Position numbers and translations under genes: made by a program. Source: Thermoplasmata archaeon (GTDB taxonomy: Archaea; Thermoplasmatota; Thermoplasmata; Lutacidiplasmatales; UBA184). From it: a DNA stretch of 64,000 nucleotides. Of this stretch, positions 54,487-62,871 are shown piece after piece. Numbering within the stretch: position 1 is the first letter of the stretch; each line of letters starts with the position of its first letter. The stretch spans positions 11,982 to 75,981 of the forward strand of contig JAJZGO010000001.1 of the NCBI GenBank assembly GCA_021798415.1, in the 5' to 3' direction. The notes beneath the pieces are model-generated. The model ran no database searches, was not told the DNA's origin, and worked only from the letters and a program-made list of their open reading frames with translations.

Positions 54487-55611
54487 GTGTCGACCCCGTT
54501 CGACGCGTTCGGGTACGCGCGCGCCCGGCCCGGTGAGATCGCCTGGCTGAGCCAGAACACGAACCACCTGGTTCCGCCGGAGGTCGTGCGCGGGGCGCTC
54601 GAGGAGGCGGTCCGCGCGCGCCGGTACGAGGGGTACCCGGTGGCGGCGGGCGACCCCGAGCTCCTCGACCTCGTCACCGCGGACTTCGGCCTCTCGGGCG
54701 CCCGAACCTACCTCACGGGCGGAGGCACCGAAGCGCTCTACATGACCGCCCGGGCGCTCCTCGGCGCGGGCGACGAAGTGATCGCCTCCGACCCGAGCTA
54801 CCTCATCATCCACCGGTTCGTCGAGCTCTCCGGGGCGCGGACGAAGAACCTCGACATCTACGCTCCGCCGTGCCGGCTCACCGCCGAACGGATCTCGGAG
54901 GCCATCGGGCCCCGCACGAGGATGATCCTCCTCATCGATCCTTTGAACCCGCTCGGGAGCGGCTATGCGCGCGACGAGGTCCGCGCGATCGCCGAGGTCG
55001 CCCACGACCGCCACCTCTTCCTGCTCAACGACGTGACGTACCGCGACTTCTCCGACGGCCACGCCCTCGCGGCGGAGTTCGCGCCCGAGGAGACGGTGAC
55101 GGTCTGGTCGCTCTCGAAGAACTGCGGCCTCGCGGGACTGCGCGTCGGAGGGTACCTCGCCTCGCCCGAGCTCGGGGCGAAGATCGCACGGTTCAACACG
55201 AACGACCTCGGCATCAACGTCCTCGCGCAGGCCGCCGGCCGGGCCGCGCTCGCGACGAAGCCCCGGTGGATCGGGAACGTCGTCCGCCAGACGCGCGCGA
55301 ACGGGGCTCGGGTCCGCGAGGTCGTCGGCGGGGTCGAGGGGACGCACCTCCTCGTCTACCCGTCGCGGGCGAACATGATGGCGATCGACATCGCGGCGAC
55401 GGGCCTATCGCCCGAGGTGGTCCAGGAGGACCTTCTGCGCCGGCACGGCGTCTTCCTGCGCGCCGGCAACTACCTTTCCCCGACGCACGGCGGGCGGTTC
55501 ATCCGGATCTCCTTCTCGAACCCGCCGGCCGACCTCGAGCGGTTCGCGGCGGCGTTCCCCGAGACCATCGAGCGGCTGCGCGCCGACCGCCCGGCCGCCC
55601 GAGCGGCGTAG
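54487..55611 (+). CDS. class I/II pyridoxal-phosphate-dependent aminotransferase
   Basis: GYPVAAGDPELL, LIDPLNPLG, LLNDVTYRDF, and WSLSKNCGLAGLRVGG (PLP lysine). Confidence 0.85.
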   Translation: MSTPFDAFGYARARPGEIAWLSQNTNHLVPPEVVRGALEEAVRARRYEGYPVAAGDPELLDLVTADFGLSGARTYLTGGGTEALYMTARALLGAGDEVIASDPSYLIIHRFVELSGARTKNLDIYAPPCRLTAERISEAIGPRTRMILLIDPLNPLGSGYARDEVRAIAEVAHDRHLFLLNDVTYRDFSDGHALAAEFAPEETVTVWSLSKNCGLAGLRVGGYLASPELGAKIARFNTNDLGINVLAQAAGRAALATKPRWIGNVVRQTRANGARVREVVGGVEGTHLLVYPSRANMMAIDIAATGLSPEVVQEDLLRRHGVFLRAGNYLSPTHGGRFIRISFSNPPADLERFAAAFPETIERLRADRPAARAA

Positions 55612-56490
55612 CTCGCCGGGCGGCGCGACGCGCGCGTCGACGACGACGTGCGTGCGCCCCGGCCCGTACGGTTTCACTTCGCGCGCCGACGCGGGTTCGA
55701 GGAGGCGGGCGTCCGCCTCCCGGAGCGCGAGCTCGACCGCGCGCGACGCGTCGGCCCTCGCCGACCGGGCGTCCGCGACCGTGTGGACGTGCAGGAACCC
55801 CCCCGACGGCCGAAGGAGCGAGACCGCGCGCGGGAGCCACGGGACCGCGCTCGGGAGGACGCCGAGGAAGACTCGGTCGGCCGCCCCCGTCACGAGGGAT
55901 ACGACCCGGTTGTCGCCCTCCACGACCTCGACCCGGGACCCCACCCGGTTGAGCCCCACGTTCTCTCGGAGGTACCGGACCGCGACCGGGTTCTTCTCGA
56001 CGGCCACCACCCGCGTCGCGGGGCTCGAGAGCGCCACCGGGATCGTGAAGTAGCCGATCCCGGCGAAGAGGTCGACGACGTGCTCCCCCGGCGCCACGAT
56101 CCGACCCGCACGCTGGCGTTCCGTTCGGTTCCCGGCGGCGAACATCACCCGTGCGGCGTCGAAGCGCCACCTCACTCCGTGCTCGACGACCTCGGTCTCG
56201 GTGGGCCCGCCCGCGATCGTCTCGACCCGGGGGGTCCTCAGCTCGCCCTCGATGGGGCCGCCGACGGCGAGGACGCTCTCCACGCCGAGCTCCTCCTGCC
56301 ACGCGCGGCCGATCCGAAAGAAGTGCGGGCGCAGGGCCTCGGGAAGCCGCAGAAGGAGCACCCGACCGAGCCGCTGGTACCCGGCCGGCAGGAGCTCCGC
56401 CGCCGCGGGGCCGGCCGAGGCGCGCACGCGCTCGCGCACCCGCTCGGCGGGCGGGAAGCGGACCCGGCGGACGGGCGGTCGCTCGACCAT
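55405..56490 (-). CDS. trm5: tRNA (guanine37-N1)-methyltransferase Trm5/Taw22-like (Met-10+ family)
   Basis: YQRLGRVLLLRLP, VVEHGVRWRFDAARVMFAAGN, and VVDLFAGIGYFTIPVA...VVAVEKNP. About 70 extra C-terminal codons run antisense into the aminotransferase gene. Confidence 0.8.
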   Translation of the reverse strand: MVERPPVRRVRFPPAERVRERVRASAGPAAAELLPAGYQRLGRVLLLRLPEALRPHFFRIGRAWQEELGVESVLAVGGPIEGELRTPRVETIAGGPTETEVVEHGVRWRFDAARVMFAAGNRTERQRAGRIVAPGEHVVDLFAGIGYFTIPVALSSPATRVVAVEKNPVAVRYLRENVGLNRVGSRVEVVEGDNRVVSLVTGAADRVFLGVLPSAVPWLPRAVSLLRPSGGFLHVHTVADARSARADASRAVELALREADARLLEPASAREVKPYGPGRTHVVVDARVAPPGELRRSGGRAVGAQPLDGLGERRREPLEVGRRVREGDPDEPPAVRRGKVVAGAQEDAVPAQKVLLDHLGR

Positions 56491-56512
56491 CGGGAGCAAG
56501 CCCGCGAAGCCC

Positions 56513-57268
56513 CTAGGGCGACGGCGGCTCGGGCTCCTTCTCGAGGATCACCTCGAGAAACTGCTTGAGGTGGGCGATCAGGATCGGGTTGTCGGTGAAG
56601 CCACAGGCGTCGAGGCCCGGGGCGGCGAGAAGGGCGTGCTCGCCGTCCGCGAGGACCTCGGTCGCGAGGAGGTTCTCGCGCGGGACGTACGTGACGCCTT
56701 CGGGGACCCGCTGGAGCGGGGCGGTGACGAACGTCACCTGCACGCCGCGCTTCACGGCGTGCTGGATCTTCTTCCCGAGGTCGTCCCGCAGGTCGGCGAT
56801 CTGGCCGGTCGTCAGGATGTACGTACGGCTCGACTGGTCGAGGAGCTCGCCGATCTTGCCGACGACCTTCTCCCGGCCCGAGAGCAGGTAGACGAGCTGA
56901 GGTTCCCCGTGCTCGGCGACGACGCGGTGGAGGGTCGCGAGCTTCTCGAAGACCTCCTGGATCGCCCCCTTGAGCGTGTCGGCGACGTCGAGGGGGGGCG
57001 TCGGGCGGAAGAGGATCGGTTTCCCTCCGGTCGGCTGGGCGTATCCCTTCGCCGCGAGCGACTCGAGGACCTTGTAGGCGCTCGTGCGCGGGATGCCCGC
57101 CGCCGCAGCGAGCGTCGCCGCGTCCCCGACGCCGCGCGCCACGAGCGCGATGTACGCGCGCGCCTCGTAGCGGGTCAGGCCGACCTTCCCGAGGACGTCG
57201 GCCGCCTGCCGGAACTCCTCGGAGCTCTGGTTGCCGAGCGCGACGGCGGTCTCTTCGATCGTCGCCAT
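56513..57268 (-). CDS. TrmB-family transcriptional regulator
   Basis: LGKVGLTRYEARAYIALVARGVGDAATLAAAAGIPRTSAYKVLESLAAKGYA N-terminal wHTH plus a C-terminal sensor-like domain. Confidence 0.85.
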   Translation of the reverse strand: MATIEETAVALGNQSSEEFRQAADVLGKVGLTRYEARAYIALVARGVGDAATLAAAAGIPRTSAYKVLESLAAKGYAQPTGGKPILFRPTPPLDVADTLKGAIQEVFEKLATLHRVVAEHGEPQLVYLLSGREKVVGKIGELLDQSSRTYILTTGQIADLRDDLGKKIQHAVKRGVQVTFVTAPLQRVPEGVTYVPRENLLATEVLADGEHALLAAPGLDACGFTDNPILIAHLKQFLEVILEKEPEPPSP

Positions 57269-57322
57269 CCGCGCCCCTGCCGAGGGAGACCGGGGACTTA
57301 ACGCCTCAGGTCGGCGGTCCGC

Positions 57323-58723
57323 TCAGGGGACCGGCTCGGCGAGCTTGAGCAGCGCGGCCTTGCCGAGGAGCGACTCGACCTCGTCGCGGCGCAGGAGGCC
57401 CCGCTCGACCAGGAGGTCGGCGACCGGGCGCCCGGTCCGCTCCGCGTCGTGGAGGAGCTCCGCGACCTTGAGGTAGCCGAGCCGAGGCGTGAGCACGGTC
57501 CCGATCGCGGCCGACTCGACCAGGAACCGCTCGAGCCGGGGCGCGTTCGCCGAGATGCCGTCGACGCACGTCCGTGCGAACACGGGCAGGTAGTTCGCGA
57601 GGATCGTCGCGGAGAAGAGGACCTCGAAAGCGGCGAGCGGCATCATGACGTTGATCTCGAGCTGGCCGGCCGCGACCGCGAGCGCGGTCGCCGAGTCCGC
57701 CCCGACGACGTGGAAGGCGACCATGTCGAGGCATTCCGCCGCGGACGGGTTCACCTTGGCGGGCATGATCGACGAGCCGGGCTGGATCTCGGGGAGCCGG
57801 AGCTCGTCGAGGCCCGTCGCGGGACCGCTCGAGAGCAGGCGGAGGTCGTTCGCGATGCGGATGAGCTCGAGGGCCAGCGTGCGCAGCCAGGCCGAGGCCG
57901 CGCCGAGGGGCCAGCGGCTCTGCATCGACTCGAACGGGTCGCGAGCGACCGCGAGCGGGAGGCCCGTGAGCCGGGCGTACTCCTCGACCGCGCGCGCCCG
58001 GAACCCGGGGACCGAGTTGACGCCGCTGCCGACCGCGCTCCCGCCGAGGGGGATCTCTCCGAGCGACTTTTCGACCGCCGGCAGGGCCTCGAGGACGTGG
58101 TCGAGCACGCTCGCGTACGCCGTGAACTCGGCGCCGAGCGTCACGGGCATCGCGTCCTTCAAGTGCGTGCGACCCGCCTTGGGGATCGCGGCGAACTCCG
58201 CGCCCTTGCGCCGGAGGCTCTCGGCGAGCTGCCGGACCGCGGTGCGGACCTCGCCCAGCGCGAAGAGCGTCGCGACCTGCGCCGCGGACGGGAACGTGTC
58301 GTTCGTCGACTGCCCGCGGTTCGCGTGGTCGTTCGGGCTCATCTCGGCGTAGTCGCCGCGGGGACGACCGAGGATCTCGAGGGCCCGGTTCGTGAGGACC
58401 TCGTTGACGTTCATGTGGAACGACGTCCCCGCGCCCGCCTGGAAGACGTCGACGATGAACTCGGAGTTGAATCGCCCCGCCGCCATCTCCTCGGCCGCCT
58501 GGGCGATCGCCCGGCCCCGGACGGCGTCGAGCCCGCCCTTCTCCACGTTCGCCCGCGCGCAGGCGAGCTTCAAGAGCGCGTAGGCCCGGACGAGGTGGCG
58601 GGACGCGCCGAGACCGCTCACCGGGAAGTTCTCCCGCGCGCGCAACGACTGGATCCCCCAGTACGCCGCCTCGGGGACCTCCCGGGAACCGAGCGAATCC
58701 TTCTCAACCCGCGGTGGGACCAT
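57323..58723 (-). CDS. aspA: aspartate ammonia-lyase (fumarase/aspartase class II family)
   Basis: EKDSLGSREVPEAAYWGIQSLRA, TNDTFPSA, and GSSIMPAKVNP. Ala in the SS-loop favours aspartase over FumC, which has GSSIMPGKVNP. Confidence 0.8.
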   Translation of the reverse strand: MVPPRVEKDSLGSREVPEAAYWGIQSLRARENFPVSGLGASRHLVRAYALLKLACARANVEKGGLDAVRGRAIAQAAEEMAAGRFNSEFIVDVFQAGAGTSFHMNVNEVLTNRALEILGRPRGDYAEMSPNDHANRGQSTNDTFPSAAQVATLFALGEVRTAVRQLAESLRRKGAEFAAIPKAGRTHLKDAMPVTLGAEFTAYASVLDHVLEALPAVEKSLGEIPLGGSAVGSGVNSVPGFRARAVEEYARLTGLPLAVARDPFESMQSRWPLGAASAWLRTLALELIRIANDLRLLSSGPATGLDELRLPEIQPGSSIMPAKVNPSAAECLDMVAFHVVGADSATALAVAAGQLEINVMMPLAAFEVLFSATILANYLPVFARTCVDGISANAPRLERFLVESAAIGTVLTPRLGYLKVAELLHDAERTGRPVADLLVERGLLRRDEVESLLGKAALLKLAEPVP

Positions 58724-58803
58724 GGCCGGCGAGAGGGGCGCCCCGACAAAACGTTTAGGCCGAGTGCGCGCCTCGGACTATCCCCTTCGAGGGACGGACC
58801 GCC

Positions 58804-60705
58804 GTGGTCGACCCGATCGTGCTCGCCACCGACATCGCCGGTTCGGTCGTCGCTCTCGCCCTTCCCGCGATGCTGTGGGCGTTCCTCTTCCTGCTGGCGT
58901 GGGAGAATCGGCCGTTCGCCGAGAGCCTCGGATTCGGACGGCGCGCGTTCTGGTTGCTGCTCCCCGGCGCACTCGCCGCCACGTTCGCGCTCCTTCCGTT
59001 CGCGGCGGTCGCGAACGACCTGGTCGCGGTGAGCTTCGGGGGAGCGGTGTTCCCGGTGTTCGTGGGCGCCCTCGCCCTGCGCCGGGTCGCCCCGCCGGTC
59101 GGCCGCACGTTCGGCCGGTTCCTCGCTTTCCTCGCCGTCGAGAGCGCGCTGCTGCTCGTGCTCGTCCTGCCGGTCGCAGCGCCGTTCGTGAGCGTGCTCG
59201 CCGACCGGCTCGCCCTCGCTCCCTCGACGGTCACGGCGCTCCTCCTCCTTCTCGTCGCGGCGCTCTTCCCGACGATCGCCGCCCTGCGCGCGCGCGTGAC
59301 GTCCTGGCTCCCGGCGAACGACGACGCGGGGGCCATGGTCGCGCGCTCGGACCGGACGATCGCCGCCCTCCTCGGGCTCTGTTCGGGCGTCCTCTACGTC
59401 ACGTACCTCGCGGCCCACGCGGAGGTCGGTCAGGGGATCGTCGAGCCGTTCCCGGCCTTCCTCGTGCCGCCCATCGCCGCCGGGGCGATCGCGGTCCTCG
59501 TGGCGCGCCGGGCGTTCCCCGGCGCGGAGGCGTTCGCCCTGCCGGTCGCCTACCTCGCGACGACGTTCGGTGTGCTCGTCGGGGCCGACCTCCTCTGGCA
59601 GCCGCCGCTCTACGGCCACGGACCGGCCGGCCTCTACACGATCGGCGGGGCGAGCGTCTTCGACCTCGTCTACCTCTCGGGCCCGCTCGCGCTCGCGGCG
59701 GCGTACGCGTGCCACGCCGCCCTCGGTCGGTCCCGGGCGCCGGTCGGGGCGCCGCTCCCGGCCGCCGACCCGAGCCCCGTCGGACGGATCGGGGAGGCGT
59801 TCCGGGCCGGGGTCGCGGGCGAGCTCGGACCGTCGCTCGCCGCATCCGCCCGCGCCGGCCACGAGGCGGCCGACCAGGCCCGCCGGCTCCTCGAGCTCGG
59901 CCCGGCTCCCACCGACCGTCCGTGGCAGGGCCTGCCCGTACCGGGCTGGATCGTCGCCGACCAGGCGAACCTCGACGCGGTCGCGCGCGCCGGGTCCTCC
60001 GATGGGCGCGAGGGGTTCCGGGGCTGGCTGACGGCGCGCTGGCTCGTCGCGATCGGACGGGACCTCGGGCAGCGGCGGTTCGGCACGGTCCGCAGCCGAA
60101 CGTTCGCCTTCGGGCTCGACCTCGCGGTCGTGACGGCCCCGGCGCTCCTCGTCTGGTTCCTCCTCGCGGTCGCCGAACCCGGGGGGCTCGAGGCGCTCTT
60201 TTCTTCGGTCGTGTTCAACGCCGCGATCTACGGCTTCATTGCCCTCGCCTTCCTCTACCTCGTCGTCGCCGAGACCGTCACCGGCACGTCGCCCGGCAAG
60301 AGGTTCGTGGGCCTGGTCGTCCGCGACCGGGCGCTCCGGCCGCCCGGGTTCCTCTCGGTGCTCGTGCGGAACGTCTCGGTGCTGCCGGTCCTCACGGTGG
60401 TCGGGCTCGGGGGGGCGATCGCCGTCGCGGTCGCCTCGAAGACCGGCTCGGCCCCGAGCGCTCCCGTCGCCGCGGTCCCGCTGCCCGGCGGCCTCCTCGC
60501 GGTCGTCGGCGTCCTCCTCTTCCTGCTCGGGGGGGTCGCGCTCCTCGGCGCCATCGCCGTGCTCGTGATCGCGCTCACCGCGGAGCGCCAGCGGCTCGGC
60601 GACGTCCTCGCCGGGACGTGGGTCGTGCGGGCCCCTAAGGTGACGGCTGCCGCGCCGCCGGCGGCGGCGGCCGAGCCGCCGCCGGGACCGGACCCGTCCG
60701 GATGA
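58804..60705 (+). CDS. polytopic membrane protein with C-terminal RDD domain
   Basis: The C-terminal part has RTFAFGLDLAVV...TGTSPGKRFVGLVV...RQRLGDVLAGTWVV (R-D-D family pattern). The N-terminal ~300 aa form an uncharacterised multi-TM domain. Confidence 0.7.
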   Translation: MVDPIVLATDIAGSVVALALPAMLWAFLFLLAWENRPFAESLGFGRRAFWLLLPGALAATFALLPFAAVANDLVAVSFGGAVFPVFVGALALRRVAPPVGRTFGRFLAFLAVESALLLVLVLPVAAPFVSVLADRLALAPSTVTALLLLLVAALFPTIAALRARVTSWLPANDDAGAMVARSDRTIAALLGLCSGVLYVTYLAAHAEVGQGIVEPFPAFLVPPIAAGAIAVLVARRAFPGAEAFALPVAYLATTFGVLVGADLLWQPPLYGHGPAGLYTIGGASVFDLVYLSGPLALAAAYACHAALGRSRAPVGAPLPAADPSPVGRIGEAFRAGVAGELGPSLAASARAGHEAADQARRLLELGPAPTDRPWQGLPVPGWIVADQANLDAVARAGSSDGREGFRGWLTARWLVAIGRDLGQRRFGTVRSRTFAFGLDLAVVTAPALLVWFLLAVAEPGGLEALFSSVVFNAAIYGFIALAFLYLVVAETVTGTSPGKRFVGLVVRDRALRPPGFLSVLVRNVSVLPVLTVVGLGGAIAVAVASKTGSAPSAPVAAVPLPGGLLAVVGVLLFLLGGVALLGAIAVLVIALTAERQRLGDVLAGTWVVRAPKVTAAAPPAAAAEPPPGPDPSG

Positions 60706-60967
60706 GCGGGATCGAGATCGACGACACGTTCGCGTCGCGGCCGTCGCGGTTCACGAGGCGCTCGGTATCGACCGAGATCGGGCCCAGGTCGACCTGGCCC
60801 TCGAGGAAGCGGCGACGAACGACCTCGACGACGTCGACCGCCTTCGAGATCGCGGCCCCGCGGGCCTTCACCACCACGGGCCCCTCCCCAGAGTTGAGCT
60901 GGGTGACGACCTGGAAGACGTACGTCATCGTCGGCTTCTGACCGATGAAGACCGTGATCCCCGCCAT
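60635..60967 (-). CDS. albA: DNA/RNA-binding protein Alba
   Basis: VFIGQKPTMTYVFQVVTQLNSGEGPVVVKARGAAISKAVDVVEVVRRRF. A Pro/Ala-rich tail overlaps the convergent gene by 71 nt. Confidence 0.9.
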   Translation of the reverse strand: MAGITVFIGQKPTMTYVFQVVTQLNSGEGPVVVKARGAAISKAVDVVEVVRRRFLEGQVDLGPISVDTERLVNRDGRDANVSSISIPLIRTGPVPAAARPPPPAARQPSP

Positions 60968-61098
60968 CGTCCGCGCCCCGGGAGCGGCCTCACCCCCCCT
61001 CCGTACAAGGCTTTTTGGAGGCGGGCGGGGCTAGCGGTCCCCGAGGCCGTGCTCGCTCGCAAAGGTTATCGGTGGTTCCCCGTACGCGCGGTCGTCCG

Positions 61099-61183
61099 TG
61101 CAGGGGTGGCCCAGCTTGGTCAAAGGCGCCAGGTTGAGGTCCTGGTCTCGTAGGAGTTCGTGAGTTCAAATCTCACCCCCTGC
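61099..61183 (+). tRNA. tRNA-Leu (GAG), class II with long variable arm
   Basis: GCAGGGG-UG-GCC-CAGCUUGGUCAAA-GGC-G-CCAGG-UUGAGGU-CCUGG-UCUCGUAGGAGUUC-GUGAG-UUCAAAU-CUCAC-CCCCUGC-A. Confidence 0.9.
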
Positions 61184-61202
61184 ATACCGGATTCGAGGAG
61201 CG

Positions 61203-62201
61203 ATGGTCGACGACACCCGCGGTTGCCCGAGCTGCGGAGCCCCGGTCCCTCCGGGCGCCCCGACCTGCTCCGTCTGCCACACCCCGCTCGGACCGGCCCC
61301 GGAGGAGCGCACGCTCGGCCGCCGGGCCGACGACCCCCTCCGGGCGGCCGCGCCCTCGAAGCCGCCGGGCGCGGCCGCGCGACGCACCGCACCGACGACC
61401 GCGAACCCGTTCGGCGCGGAGCTCGCCCGGCGGCTCACGCGGCTCGCCCAGTGGGCTGACGGCGCCGGGCCGCTCGGCGTGACGGTCCCGCGCCTGCCGA
61501 CGTGGGCCGAAGAAGCCGCCCGGGCGGCACCGAACCCCGAGCCGTGGGCTGAGGTCGTTCGCGGGATCGAACGGATCGCCCAGCAACGGATCTCCGTCGC
61601 GCTCGAGGATTGGGAGCGACGCACGAAAGGTCGCCTCACGCGGCTCGAGGCGTACGCGGTCGACAGCCGGCTCGAGCGCGAACAGATCGAGGACACGCTC
61701 CATACCGCCCGTACGGGCGACATCCCCCAGGCCCTCGCGACGTTCCAGCAGGTCGAGCGGGTCGTCGCGCTGAAGGAACGCCACCTCGACCAGGCCCGCG
61801 AGGAGCTCGAGCGCGTGATCGCGCTGCTCAAGGACATGCAGGCGATCGGCATCGACCCGCCCCAGGACCCGGGCGAGGTCGCCGAGGACCTCGAGAGCGA
61901 GCTGCGCGCGGGAAAGCTCGCGTCGCTCAAGCAGCAGATCCGCGCGCTTCGGCTCCAGGCGGTGAACCGTCTCAAGGCGGGTCTCCCGAGGTTCGTGAGC
62001 GAGTACGGCGACTACCTTCTCACCGAGCGTCACCACGGTACGCCGACCGAGCTCGAGGCGACGGAGCTCGCGCGCGGGGCGCGAGAGTTCTTTCACGGAC
62101 ACCCCGAGGAAGGGGTCCGTCGGCTGAAGTCGCTCCAGCAACGCCACGGTCGGCCCCCCGGCCGCGGTCCCGCGCCCGCGGCGCGCGACGTCCCGGGATG
62201 A
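61203..62201 (+). CDS. zinc-ribbon + long coiled-coil protein, function unknown
   Basis: N-terminal CPSCGAP...CSVCHTP. A Pro/Ala linker, then about 200 aa of heptad-like charged helices (EDWERRTKGRLTRLEAY...REELERVIALLKDMQ...). Confidence 0.6.
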   Translation: MVDDTRGCPSCGAPVPPGAPTCSVCHTPLGPAPEERTLGRRADDPLRAAAPSKPPGAAARRTAPTTANPFGAELARRLTRLAQWADGAGPLGVTVPRLPTWAEEAARAAPNPEPWAEVVRGIERIAQQRISVALEDWERRTKGRLTRLEAYAVDSRLEREQIEDTLHTARTGDIPQALATFQQVERVVALKERHLDQAREELERVIALLKDMQAIGIDPPQDPGEVAEDLESELRAGKLASLKQQIRALRLQAVNRLKAGLPRFVSEYGDYLLTERHHGTPTELEATELARGAREFFHGHPEEGVRRLKSLQQRHGRPPGRGPAPAARDVPG

Positions 62202-62231
62202 TCTCGACGCGGGGCGCCGCCCGCGCATCCC

Positions 62232-62819
62232 CTAGAGCAGTCGCTCGAACAGACGGACGTCCTCGTTCCAATCGTGCCGGTGGAGGACGCCGCACTCGGT
62301 GAAGCCGACGTGGCGGAAGAGCGCGTGGGCGGCCTCGAACCGCGCGAGCGCGTCGGCCCAGAGCTCGGGAACGCCCGCGCGCTTCGCCCAGTCGATCTCG
62401 GCGGCGATGAGCGCGGTCGCGACGCCCTGGCGGCGGTAGTCGGGGTCGACCACGAGGTGGACGAGACGGCCGCTGCCGTGACGCAGCTCGCACCCGACCA
62501 CGCCGATCACGCGACCCTCGCGCCGGGCGGCGAAGTACGTCACGCCCTCCATCCAGCTCGTGAACTCGAGCGGGGTCGGCTGCCAGGTCTTGACGAGCTC
62601 GACGGGGAGCCCGGTCTTCTCGGCGTCCCAGACCTTCTTGTAGAGCGCGCAGATCGCCGGCACCTCCTGGTGCGTCACGCGTTCGACCGCCGGCTCCGCA
62701 CTCCCCTTCGACGCGCCGGCCGCGGCGGCGGCGACGTGCGGTGTCTCCTCCCGCGCCGGTCGGTGCTCGTCGGCCACGATGCGAACTCCGGTACGGGTCT
62801 CGAGCGCCGCAACACTCAC
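62232..62819 (-). CDS. GNAT-family N-acetyltransferase
   Basis: VIGVVGCELRHGSGRLVHLVVDPDYRRQGVATALIAAEIDWAKRAG (motif A Q/RxxGxA). GTG 62819 is a tentative start. Confidence 0.8.
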   Translation of the reverse strand: MSVAALETRTGVRIVADEHRPAREETPHVAAAAAGASKGSAEPAVERVTHQEVPAICALYKKVWDAEKTGLPVELVKTWQPTPLEFTSWMEGVTYFAARREGRVIGVVGCELRHGSGRLVHLVVDPDYRRQGVATALIAAEIDWAKRAGVPELWADALARFEAAHALFRHVGFTECGVLHRHDWNEDVRLFERLL

Positions 62820-62871
62820 GCCGCTTATTGAACCTTGCCCATCCGACCGGCCGCTCGGGCCCCCGGAGGGC

